From Saprospiraceae bacterium (GTDB taxonomy: Bacteria > Bacteroidota > Bacteroidia > Chitinophagales > Saprospiraceae), in assembly GCA_016719855.1 (NCBI GenBank), contig JADJYH010000014.1, positions 45,949 through 109,948 of the forward strand: 64,000 bases of DNA. Reading direction: 5' to 3'. The translations under genes were made by a program, and so were the position numbers. A model generated the notes under the pieces. It worked only from the letters and a program-made list of their open reading frames with translations. It had not been told where the DNA came from and made no database searches. This document shows, one piece after another, positions 1-9,803 of the stretch. Position 1 is the first letter of the stretch; every line of letters starts with the position of its first letter.

Positions 1-91
1 TGACCACGAAAATGAAAAAGTGCTTGTAGAATTTGGCCTTTCTTCTCACCCTCAGTTGGGCTTCTTGATGGATGTCTTGTTGTTTGTACAT
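1..91 (-). CDS. 2TM domain-containing protein, N-terminal part only (gene runs off the left edge)
   Basis: Minus-strand ATG at 89-91. Translation MYKQQDIHQEAQLRVRRKAKFYKHFFIFVV parallels the basic N-terminus and first hydrophobic helix of the neighbouring 2TM protein (KKRVKAKKAFYQHLMSYAIV). Truncated, so absent from the ORF track. Confidence 0.5.
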   Translation of the reverse strand, partial: MYKQQDIHQEAQLRVRRKAKFYKHFFIFVV

Positions 92-161
92 GCTCCGAGT
101 GGATTTAATTTACCTGTATTTTAGACAAAGTCAGCGTCGTCGTAGTTCTTCCGCAACTCCT

Positions 162-512
162 TCAGTTCCAAGCCTCCATCTTTTTGACCATCATTGGAAT
201 TGGGGATTTCCTTGGCCTATTCTGCTGGTTTTGCTGGTTTTGCTGTCTCAATTCTTGTTCCAACTGCCGTTCTTCCCATTCCTTGCTCAAGATATCAAAG
301 CCTGGAATCCCAAAAACATCTACGTAATGAAAAGCCAAGCCTACACCCCACCCAAGCATTGGAAACACGAACCACAAGCTTCCTGGCGAGGTAATCAAAT
401 TTAGGGCAAGCAAGAACAGGTTCACGATGGCATAGGACATGAGGTGTTGGTAAAATGCTTTTTTAGCTTTTACCCGTTTTTTTGCCTTCAAAAATTCTTC
501 TTCTGTGTGCAT
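162..512 (-). CDS. 2TM domain-containing membrane protein
   Basis: 116-aa ORF. Lys-rich N-terminus followed by two hydrophobic helices (AIVNLFLLALNLI, LWFVFPMLGWGVGLAFHY) and a Q/N-rich tail, the layout of the 2TM domain family. Confidence 0.7.
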   Translation of the reverse strand: MHTEEEFLKAKKRVKAKKAFYQHLMSYAIVNLFLLALNLITSPGSLWFVFPMLGWGVGLAFHYVDVFGIPGFDILSKEWEERQLEQELRQQNQQNQQNRPRKSPIPMMVKKMEAWN

Positions 513-778
513 TTTTTAAAGAGATAGTTGAGTGGAAACGACATGGAGAAAACCATTTGAAAATCAACAAGTTGCAATTGCTTCGGGTATTTCCATCAAC
601 TTTGTGCTTGGGGCACAAGGTATCTGGCATATTCAAGGTATTGCAATTCCGATTGACAAGTAATGGAAAATCATGGACAAAAATCAATCATTTTTGAATT
701 TTGTGCGGCAAAAAAATGCCAAAACTCCTGCTACATGACTGAAATAGCCAACTTTGCAACTCAAATCTTTTAATCAAA

Positions 779-2700
779 ATGAATAAAAAGAAAACCGACA
801 ATCCCGCTTTACCAGGAGATATTGCGCTTCCTTCCTCAAAAACAGAAATAGCAAGCCTTTGCAAAAACCTTGGCGAGTCGCAGAAATACACCGTGGAGGA
901 TTTCTTTCGGTTGCCCAAGAAATCAAGGTACCTGCTCTCTCCCGACGGCAATTATTTTGCCTACCTCGGCCCCTTCAAGCGGCGGTTGAACATCTTTGTG
1001 CAAAAATCAAACGGAAAGCGCTCCCGCCGTATCACGGAGGTCACCGACAGAGACATTGCTTGGTTCTTTTGGAAGGACAACCGTATTGTCTTCGCAAAGG
1101 ACGACGGAGGGGATGAAAACTTCCACCTGTATTCGGTGGACAGAGACGGCAATAATCTGCAGGACTTAACCCCATTCGCTGGCGTCCGGATTGATTTGAT
1201 TGACGACCTGGAGGACATCGAGAATGAAATTATCATCTCGATGAACAAGAACAACCCGCAACTTTTCGAACCTTACCGCCTCAACATCTCCACTGGAGAT
1301 ATCCACCAACTGGCCGAAAACCCCAACCCAGTTGAGCCGTTGGACGGCTGGATGACCGACCATGAAGGCAAGCTTCGCATCGCCAATAAAATATTCGGAG
1401 GCACCAACACCACCCTACTCTATCGGCCTACTGAGGACGAACCTTTCCGCGCTGTGCTGACCACGGACTTCCGGGAAAATGTCTCGCCCCTATTCTTTGA
1501 TTTTGAAAACGAGCACCAGTTGTACGTTGCCTCCAACCGAGGCCGTGACCGCAGCGTCATCACCAAGATTGACTTGCTCACGGGTGAAGAAATCGGCGAA
1601 CCTCTTTTCGCCCACCCCGAAGTGGACGTGACACACCTCGGCTTTTCCCGCAAGCGACGAAAACTTAGCTCAATCGTTTACACCACAGACAAGCGACAGG
1701 TGCATTTCCTCGACGAGGATACCCGACAAATTTTCAAGCGGCTGGAACAGGACCTAGGCAACTACGAAATCGTCATCACAGCCATGAACAAGGACGAGGA
1801 CAAGTTCATGGTTCGGACTTACAGCGACCGTTCAATGGGCGCTTATTATTTTTTGATAAAAAGGCCGATTCCTTAACGAAAATCGTGGACGTAAGGCCCT
1901 GGCTCGACGAGAACGACATGGCCTCAATGAAGCCTGTTAGTTACAAAACCTCCGACGGCCTGACCATCCACGGCTACCTTACCCTGCCTGCCGGAAAGCC
2001 CGCCCAAAACCTCCCCGTAATCATCAACCCGCACGGTGGGCCTTGGGTGCGTGACACTTGGGGCTTCAATCCTGAAATCCAGTTATTGGCAAGTCGAGGC
2101 TACGCCGTGCTACAAATGAACTACCGGGGCAGCACTGGATATGGACGAAAATTCTGGGAGTGCAGCTTCAAACAATGGGGCAAGAAAATGCAGGACGACA
2201 TCACGGAGGGCGTGGATTGGCTAGTGACGCAGGGAATTGCTGACCCTAAGCGGGTGGCAATCTACGGCGGCAGCTATGGCGGCTATGCCACGCTGGCAGG
2301 TGTCACATTTACCCCAGACCGTTACGCTTGTGCCATTGATTACGTGGGCGTTTCCAACCTGTTCACTTTCATGAACACCATCCCACCATATTGGAAGCCC
2401 TACCTCGACATGATGTACGAGATGGTCGGAAACCCAACAAAGGATAAAGATGCCATGTACGAGGCTTCCCCGGTTTTCCATATTGACAAAATCAAATGCC
2501 CGCTATTCGTGGTACAAGGCGCCAACGACCCCAGGGTCAACATTGATGAAAGCGACCAAATCGTTTCCGCGCTTCGCAAACAGGGTGTGGAGGTGCTGTA
2601 TATGGTGAAATACGATGAGGGCCACGGCTTCCACAACGAGGAAAACCGCTTTGAATTCTACAAGGCGATGTTGGGCTTTTTGGGGAAATGGTTGGGGTAA
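779..2700 (+). pseudogene. S9 family peptidase (dipeptidyl aminopeptidase/acylaminoacyl peptidase type), frameshifted as given
   Basis: ORF 779-1876 (propeller part) and ORF 1885-2700 (alpha/beta hydrolase part with GGSYGGY, GANDPRV, EGHGF) form one gene. Adding one T to the T6 run at 1849-1854 gives ...AYYFFDKKADSLTKIVDVRPWLDEND. Confidence 0.9.
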
Positions 2701-2758
2701 GAAGAAAAATCATTTTATCCCAAGGCATTTGTCACTGAAATGAAGATTGACAGCCGAA

Positions 2759-2766
2759 TAACTTTG
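2759..2766 (+). promoter_or_regulatory. Bacteroidota-type -7 promoter box (TAACTTTG)
   Basis: Matches the TAnnTTTG -7 consensus of Bacteroidota sigma-A promoters. Lies 50 nt upstream of the ATG at 2816. Confidence 0.4.
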
Positions 2767-2815
2767 CTGCAAAATGCGGCGTAAGGCATATTTCCATCAT
2801 CATAACCGATTGAAA

Positions 2816-3556
2816 ATGAAATACTTGCCATTTCTCCTGTTTGCTTTTCTTCAAATAAGCTTGTTTTCCCAAGATGCCCGACTTATCATTCAAAAGGCCG
2901 ATGAGAAGGTACGTGGAAAAACCTCCCAGGGCGAGTTGACCATCACCACTATCAGGCCCAAATGGAAGCGGGAAATGAACGTGCGGATGTGGTCTAAGGG
3001 CACACAATACGCCATGGTGCTTATTTTGTCTCCTGCCAAGGATAAAGGCATTACCTTTTTGAAACGAAAAAAAGAAGTCTGGAACTGGTTGCCCAATTTG
3101 GAGCGGGTCATCAAATTGCCACCCTCCATGATGTCGCAATCATGGATGGGAACGGATTTCACCAACGACGATTTTGTCAAGGAGTCGTCCATGGTGGACG
3201 ATTACGAACATAAATTGCTGGGTAGCGAAATGATTGGAGACAGGGACTGCCACAAAATAGAGATGATTCCAAAACCAGAAGCAGCCGTTGTTTGGGGCAA
3301 AGTATTGGTCTGGGTGGACAAAAAGGACTACATGCAACTTCGAACGGAATTGTACGACGACGAGGGCGACCTGTCCAGTACGGTGATGGGCAGCGAGTTC
3401 AAGCAGTTTGGCGACCGACTTTTGCCCAGCGTCATCGAAATGACGCCTGCGGACAAAAAGGGTCACAAGACCATCATCGTTTACAAAACCATTGTTTTTG
3501 ATAAGAATATTGATGACGGATTCTTCTCAACCGAAAAAATGAAACGATTGAAATAA
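2816..3556 (+). CDS. outer-membrane lipoprotein-sorting (LolA-like) protein
   Basis: ORF 2774-3556. The signal peptide MKYLPFLLFAFLQISLFSQ starts at 2816. First gene of a LolA-like/FtsX/FtsX/ABC-ATPase/OM-barrel cluster of a type common in Bacteroidota. Confidence 0.7.
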   Translation: MKYLPFLLFAFLQISLFSQDARLIIQKADEKVRGKTSQGELTITTIRPKWKREMNVRMWSKGTQYAMVLILSPAKDKGITFLKRKKEVWNWLPNLERVIKLPPSMMSQSWMGTDFTNDDFVKESSMVDDYEHKLLGSEMIGDRDCHKIEMIPKPEAAVVWGKVLVWVDKKDYMQLRTELYDDEGDLSSTVMGSEFKQFGDRLLPSVIEMTPADKKGHKTIIVYKTIVFDKNIDDGFFSTEKMKRLK

Positions 3557-3598
3557 TGACAGACGTGCTGATTTCAGCTTCATCCTAAAACAAGCAAC

Positions 3599-4811
3599 AT
3601 GTTGCTAATGCTTGCATGGCGAAATCTTTGGCGGAATAAAAGCCGCTCGCTCATTACAATGGCTTCCGTGTTTTGTGCCGTGGTTTTGGCGATTGTAATG
3701 GCAGCCTTGCAGCGTGGCGTTTTTGACAACTTGATAAAGAACGTGGTAGGATTTTACACTGGTTACATCCAGGTTCACCAGAAAGGCTACTGGGAAGAAC
3801 AGACCCTTGAAAATGCATTTCAACTTACCGACGACCTACAAACGCAGTTCCAATCCGCCGATGGCGTGACCGCCGCATCGCCCCGCCTGGAGTCTTTCGT
3901 GCTGGCCTCTTCTGGTGAAAAAACCAAGGGGTGCTTGGCTGCCGGCATCGTGCCCGAAAATGAAGCAAACATCATCAGCCTTCGGGAAAAGCTGGTTTCA
4001 GGCGAATATTTGACCCAAAACGACCAAGGCGTCATGGTGGGCGAAGGCTTGGCAAAGCGCCTTTCGTTGGCACTGAATGACACAATTGTGCTGCTGGGGC
4101 AAGGCTACTATGGCTCAGTGGCGGCTGGTAAGTACGCCATTCGGGGCCTTTGCATTTTGGTTCGCCGGAGCTGAACGACAACATGCTATTCATCTCGTTG
4201 CCCACGGCTCAGACCCTATTTGATGCAGAAGGATTTGTGACCTCGGTCGTCATTTCCCCTGGGGAAACCACGCAACTCAACCTGCTCGCCAACAAGCTCC
4301 GCAATAGCGCAGGGCCAGCTTTTGAAGTAATGACCTGGGAGGAAATGATGCCCGAAATCGTACAGCATATCGAGACCGACGTGGCGGGCACTTACATCAT
4401 ACTCGGCGTCTTGTACCTTGTCATTTCTTTTGGCATTTTCAGTACGCTACTGATGATGGTGTCCGAACGGCAACGGAGTTCGGGATGTTGGTGGCCGTCG
4501 GCCTGAAAAAACGCAAACTGGCATGGATGCTCGCCATCGAGTCGCTGCTGGTCACGCTTACGGGTTGCGCCATGGGCATGTTGACTGGGATACCACTGGC
4601 CTACTACCTCAAGAGCCACCCCATCCGGTTTTCAGGTGAATTTGCGGAGGTTTATGAACGGTTTGGTTTTGAGGCAGTCATGCCCGCATCCACAGACCCC
4701 AAAATATTTATCAACCAAGGAATCATCGTGCTCGTCATTGGGCTGGCCTTGTCGGCCTTTCCCATTGTGAAAGCTTTGAAACTCGACCCTGTGAAGGCAA
4801 TGCGAAAGTAA
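3599..4811 (+). pseudogene. ABC transporter permease (FtsX/MacB-type), two frameshifts as given
   Basis: ORFs 3599-4174, 4150-4506 and 4485-4811 read as one permease (MLAWRNLWRNKSRS N-terminus, C-terminal FtsX helices). Breaks are at the T-run 4149-4151 and at GG 4475-4476. Confidence 0.85.
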
Positions 4812-4836
4812 CCCATTGATTTTCAAACATTTAACC

Positions 4837-5903
4837 ATGCTATTCATCCTTGCTTGGCGAAATATTTGGCGGAACAAAATCCGCAGCCTCGTCATTATCT
4901 GCTCAGTGATGGTTGGGCTTTGGGCAGGGGTGTTCATCGTTGCTTTATATAATGGCATGGCAGCCGACCGAATCAGGATAGTCGTGCAAGAGGAAATCTC
5001 CCATTTGCAAGTCCACCACCCAGCTTTTCAGGAGGATTATGAGGCAAAATACGTCGCTGGTGATGCGGCTAACCTTGAACGCAAAATCAAGGAAGTCCAG
5101 GGCGTGAAGGCCATTTCTGCAAGGAGTCTGACGAGGGGCATGTTGGCTAATGCCAACAGCAGTGCGGGCGTACAGGTCATCGGCATCGAACCGGCGGCAG
5201 ATAAAACAACCTGACCTCCGGCGCTTTCAAGGTCGCAGGCATTTACCAATCAAAAAATGCCAAGCTGGACGAAATGAACCTGTACGTGCAGCGCCAGGAT
5301 TTGAACGCACTGCTCGCCACGCCCGAGGCTGCGCACGAGGTGGCGGTTTTATTGGAAAACGACGAACTATTGCCGACCGTCCAGCAGAAATTGAAGGCCA
5401 TTTTGCCGGATTTGAAAATAGAAAACTGGCGTGAAATCTCCCCCGAAAGCGACCTCATCGCCTCCTACACTGGGCAATCGGCCATGATAATCGTCGCCAT
5501 CATCGTCATTGCGCTGGCCTTTGGCATCGTAAACACCATGCTGATGGCCGTGCTGGAGCGTACCCGTGAAATAGGGATGCTCATGGCGTTGGGTATGAGA
5601 AAAGAGCGCTTGGTCACCATGATCGTCGCCGAAACCTGCATGCTCACGCTGATTGGTGTGCCCGTGGGGCTGCTACTTGCCTGGGCAACTGTGGAATGGC
5701 TTTCCAAAAAAGGCATTGACTTTTCGGTCTTCGCAAACGACATGATGTCCGAGTTCGGGTTCAGCGCCATTTTGTACCCAGAACTGCCGTGGAACAGCGT
5801 GTTGCAAGTCGTTATCATCGTCATTTGTGCGGCATTGCTTGCCTCCATTTACCCGGCTATGAAAACCGTGCGATTGAAACCAGTGGAAGCAATTAAGCAA
5901 TGA
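4837..5903 (+). pseudogene. ABC transporter permease (FtsX/MacB-type), one frameshift as given
   Basis: ORFs 4816-5214 and 5274-5903. MLFILAWRNIWRNKIRS N-terminus. The frame of 5274 is open back to about 5207, and one extra A in the A-run 5203-5206 joins the two parts. Confidence 0.85.
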
Positions 5904-5953
5904 TACAAGTGATGGCTTCACTTGCATCAAATTTGAATTTGAAAACAACCATC

Positions 5954-6655
5954 ATGGAACTCGTCATAGATGCCCACAATATCAGTAAGGTATACAACCC
6001 CGACACCATTCCCGTGTATGCGGTGAACAACGTACACCTGCACGTGCAGCGGGGCGAATTCACGGCACTTGTGGGACCCTCAGGCTCTGGCAAAACCACG
6101 CTGTTGAACCTGATTGGCGGGCTAGATGCACCCACCGAAGGTCGCATCGTCATCAATGGTACGGATATCACCGCCATGCGCACCAATGAGCTGATTGATT
6201 TTCGCTTGCGCAATATCGGCTTCGTATTTCAATCGTTCAACCTCATCCCCGTACTCACGGCGAAGGAAAACGTTGAGTTCATCATGCTGCTACAGGGCAT
6301 CGAAAAAAAAGAACGGGAGGAGCGTGTGCGCAGCCTCCTCCAAGAAGTCGGGTTAGCGGACAAGATTGACACCATGCCCTCGCAGCTTTCCGGTGGCCAA
6401 CAGCAGCGGGTAGCAGTAGCCCGGGCACTGGCCTCCAAGCCCCAGTTTATCCTGGCCGACGAACCCACGGCCAACCTCGACTCCAAGTCCGCCTCCAACC
6501 TGCTCGACATCATGGCCATGCTGAACAAAGAAGAAAACATGACCTTCCTCTTTTCCACCCACGACAGCCGGGTCATCGAGCGGGCAAGGCGGGTGATCAC
6601 GCTGGTGGATGGCCGTATTTCGTCGGACACGGCTGCTGTAAGTACGGTGCATTGA
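5954..6655 (+). CDS. ABC transporter ATP-binding protein (LolD/MacB-like)
   Basis: Walker A GPSGSGKTT, signature LSGGQQQRVAVARAL, Walker B ILADEPT. The ORF opens at 5900 (ATGA overlap with the upstream stop), but MELVIDAHNISKVY at 5954 fits the family N-terminus better. Confidence 0.9.
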   Translation: MELVIDAHNISKVYNPDTIPVYAVNNVHLHVQRGEFTALVGPSGSGKTTLLNLIGGLDAPTEGRIVINGTDITAMRTNELIDFRLRNIGFVFQSFNLIPVLTAKENVEFIMLLQGIEKKEREERVRSLLQEVGLADKIDTMPSQLSGGQQQRVAVARALASKPQFILADEPTANLDSKSASNLLDIMAMLNKEENMTFLFSTHDSRVIERARRVITLVDGRISSDTAAVSTVH

Positions 6656-6682
6656 TTTCATGCTGAACAATAACATTTGCAC

Positions 6683-7853
6683 ATGAAGGCTTTTCGCATC
6701 CTATTCTTTTTTGGTTGGGCTTTGACAAGCACTACGCCAATGCTCGCCCAAGAAGAAGAAAACTCGCCCAGATTGCAGTTTGGCGGCTATTTGAAAAACC
6801 TCCAATCCCTGACCAACTTGCCAGAATCCGACCTAACCCTGACCGATGGACAGTTTCATAACCGTTTGAATTTCAAGTGGTTCCCATCCAAGAACTTCAC
6901 TTTTGATGCCGAGTTGCGCAGCCGATTTTTTTACGGAGAAACCGTCAAATACACCCCAAGCTTCGAGCGGATGCTGAATGACGACCCCGACCTGGTTGAC
7001 CTCTCCTGGGTGCTGACCAGCTCGAACGGAACCTTGTTGCACACCACCCTCGACCGGTTTTGGGTCGAATGGAGAAATGAGCGCTGGGTTGTACGCACGG
7101 GACGGCAGCGAATCAACTGGGGCATCGCAACCACCTGGAATCCCAACGACCTCTTCAACGCATACAATTTCCTGGACTTCGACTACGAGGAGCGCCCCGG
7201 CTCCGATGCCATCCGGGTGCAGTACCTGACCAGCGGCTTCTCTGGTTTTGACCTCGCAGTGAACCCTGCCGACTCCGCCGAAGCTTCCGTGGCAGCCTTG
7301 AAGTATTTCTTCAATTTCAAAAAGTACGACCTACAAGTGCTCGGCGGCTATTTCAAAAACGACTTGGTGGCGGGTATGGGCTGGGCAGGTAACCTTGGCG
7401 AAGCTGGGTTCAAGGGCGAGGCCTCCTGGTTTCATTCCTCCGATACTTGGAAAGACACCAACACCGTCATTACCATCACCGCACAGGCCGACTATCTTTT
7501 CGAGGGCGATTGGTACGTGAACGGTTCATTGCTCTTCAACAGTGGCGGACAGTCGGAGGCCGTCAGCCTTTCGCAATTGCTGGCTTTCCGTCTATCGCCA
7601 AAGAACCTCATGCCAGGGAAATACACCATTGCCGCACAAGCCCAAAAAGGCGTTACACCCATCCTGAACGTTGGCGGTTCCGTGATTTTTCCCTCAAATC
7701 AACCTGCTTTTGTTGCTCCCCAACCTCAGCTATTCCCTCAGCGACAACTGGAACCTGGACCTCATCGGGCAAGTATTTTTTGCAGAAAACGACCAAGGCG
7801 AATTTGCCAACCTAGGCAACCTCGCCTTCCTGCGAGTAAAATGGAGCTATTGA
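6683..7853 (+). pseudogene. putative outer-membrane beta-barrel protein of the ABC cluster, frameshifted as given
   Basis: Signal peptide MKAFRILFFFGWALTSTTPMLAQ and alternating beta-strand-like sequence. After the T5 run 7686-7690 the +1 frame gives ...NLSYSLSDNWNLDLIGQVFFAENDQGEFANLGNLAFLRVKWSY* (stop 7851-7853), a typical barrel C-terminus. Confidence 0.6.
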
Positions 7854-7901
7854 ATCGCAACTCAAAACCCCACAGTATCTGAGGATTATCTACTTTCGCC
7901 A

Positions 7902-8990
7902 GTGACAAAACCCGTTTCCATGCAAACACATTTCGCACCCTACCCCAACCTCTACACCGATCGGCTCGAACTTCGCCCTTTTCAAGATTTGGATGCGCCA
8001 GAAATCTTTCTCCAGCGCTCCGACGAGCGCATCCTTCAACATATTTCAATCCAAAAAGCGGAGACTTTGGAAGATGCTCTCGCATTCATCCATCTGATCG
8101 AAAAAAACATGGAGAATGGCGAGGGAATGAACTGGGCCATTTGCCTGAAGGACGAAACCAAGCTCATTGGAACCATCTGTTTGTGGAACTTCCAGCCCGA
8201 AAAATCCATCGCAGAACTGGGCTATTCGCTGCATCCCGACCACTGGGGCAAGGGCTATGCCAGTGAGGCGCTGGCCGCCGTGGTGGATTTTGGCTTCGAA
8301 AAAATCGGGGCTGCCATTTTGGAAGCTTATGTTCAAACTGCCAACATCGCATCGGTCAAACTGCTCGAAAAGGCAGGATTTGTAAAAACGGGCGTGGAAG
8401 AAATTTACAGCGTTTACGCACTTTGCCGACCACCACTTGGTGCCGTCATCATGGAAACGGAGCGCCTACGCCTCCGTGAAATCATACCAGGCGACGACGC
8501 CCCTTACCTCCTCGAATTGCTGAACACACCCGACTGGCTTGCAAATATTGGCGACCGAAATGTGCGCAACCTTGACGATGCCCGCAAATATGCCATCTAC
8601 CGCATCTGGCTCAACTGCAGGTTGAAAGGTTTTAGCTTTTATGTGTTGGAACGAAAGACCGACTCCGCAAAACTTGGTATGTGCGGCCTCATCAAGCGGG
8701 ACTACCTCGACGACGTGGACATCGGCTACGCCCTGCTGCCGCAATTTTATGGCCAAGGCTACGTCGTGGAAGCCGCCGCTGCCGTCCTCAATTTTGGGAA
8801 GCAAGACCTGAAATTGCCTCGTCTCGAAGCCATCACCATCGAAAGCAACAAGCCATCTCAGCGGGTCTTGGAGAAAGTCGGGCTGCGCTTCGAACGGATA
8901 ATTACCGTACCGGGGGATGGGGAGGAATTGATGTTGTTGGGGGTAGCTTTAGGAACTAAGCTTATCGTAATAATCCATGAGTTTTCATAA
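7902..8990 (+). CDS. tandem GNAT family N-acetyltransferase (two RimJ/RimL-like domains)
   Basis: Two successive segments of about 175 aa each start with a ...RL.LRP/RL.LREI... motif and contain GNAT-like cores (HPDHWGKGYASEA; LPQFYGQGYVVEAA). Confidence 0.75.
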   Translation: MTKPVSMQTHFAPYPNLYTDRLELRPFQDLDAPEIFLQRSDERILQHISIQKAETLEDALAFIHLIEKNMENGEGMNWAICLKDETKLIGTICLWNFQPEKSIAELGYSLHPDHWGKGYASEALAAVVDFGFEKIGAAILEAYVQTANIASVKLLEKAGFVKTGVEEIYSVYALCRPPLGAVIMETERLRLREIIPGDDAPYLLELLNTPDWLANIGDRNVRNLDDARKYAIYRIWLNCRLKGFSFYVLERKTDSAKLGMCGLIKRDYLDDVDIGYALLPQFYGQGYVVEAAAAVLNFGKQDLKLPRLEAITIESNKPSQRVLEKVGLRFERIITVPGDGEELMLLGVALGTKLIVIIHEFS

Positions 8991-9776
8991 CCACGGCAAT
9001 CGTTGGTGTTCAACAAAAGTGCATTAAATGCTACAGCGTTTGCAAATAATTTTATCTTGTGAAATGGAATGCGACCAATAATGTTGACCATACCAGTCGA
9101 AACGATTGGCTTAAGTCAATTCCTTCAGTTTTTCCCAATTGTCGGCGGAAAACAAAGCGCTGATTATGAATGCGCTCCACCAGCTTTCTTGCCCGAAACA
9201 AAGCACTGCAAACCGGCGCAGGTCACGATCTTCCTTAAAAGCGAAGGGTGAAATCGTATATAAACCCATTTGAGCCTTTCTTGCTGGGAAATAACTGGGA
9301 AGCCTTGGCAAATGATTCCACACACACATATTTGGGCCAGTGGCTGGGTGAACTGAAAGGGCTAAAAATCAAGATTGAGGTGCCCAACAGCCTCAAGAAT
9401 GCCAATTCATTGTCGCGTATAAACGCCAATTTCTTGTTGAAGGAAAAAGCAAGCTTGTTGAAATGCAAAGTATCTTCCTCATTATAGATGAAGTTTTGGA
9501 CTGGCTTGATAGCTGGCCTAGGCCATCCAAAATGCAGTCATTAGGCTCTGGGTAACACCCTGATAATCGTGGTCGAATCAACACGATTGCCTGTGACTGC
9601 GTTCAGCAAAGAACCAAGCCAACCAGATAATCGTCGAAAGCTATCAGGGTATTCAACTGCCCGCATAGCATAACTTGATATAAGATTCCGAACGATATAG
9701 GCTAAACCAGATTTTCAGACCATTTGAATGTTTCCATTACTTCCCACTGTGAAACCCGCAAACCCTTCATCCATCC

Positions 9777-9784
9777 TATCTTTG
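9777..9784 (+). promoter_or_regulatory. Bacteroidota-type -7 promoter box (TATCTTTG)
   Basis: Matches TAnnTTTG, 20 nt upstream of the mutS start at 9804. Confidence 0.4.
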
Positions 9785-9803
9785 CCACCCAAAACAAACA
9801 CCT

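Noticed and set aside
8991-9803. An ~800-bp gap without a convincing ORF lies between the GNAT gene and mutS. Minus-strand fragments (…ILIFSPFSSPSHWPKY…) faintly recall the DDE region of IS630-type transposases.
   Set aside because: The similarity is too weak and fragmented to support, and I saw no terminal inverted repeats. It can only be settled by a profile search.
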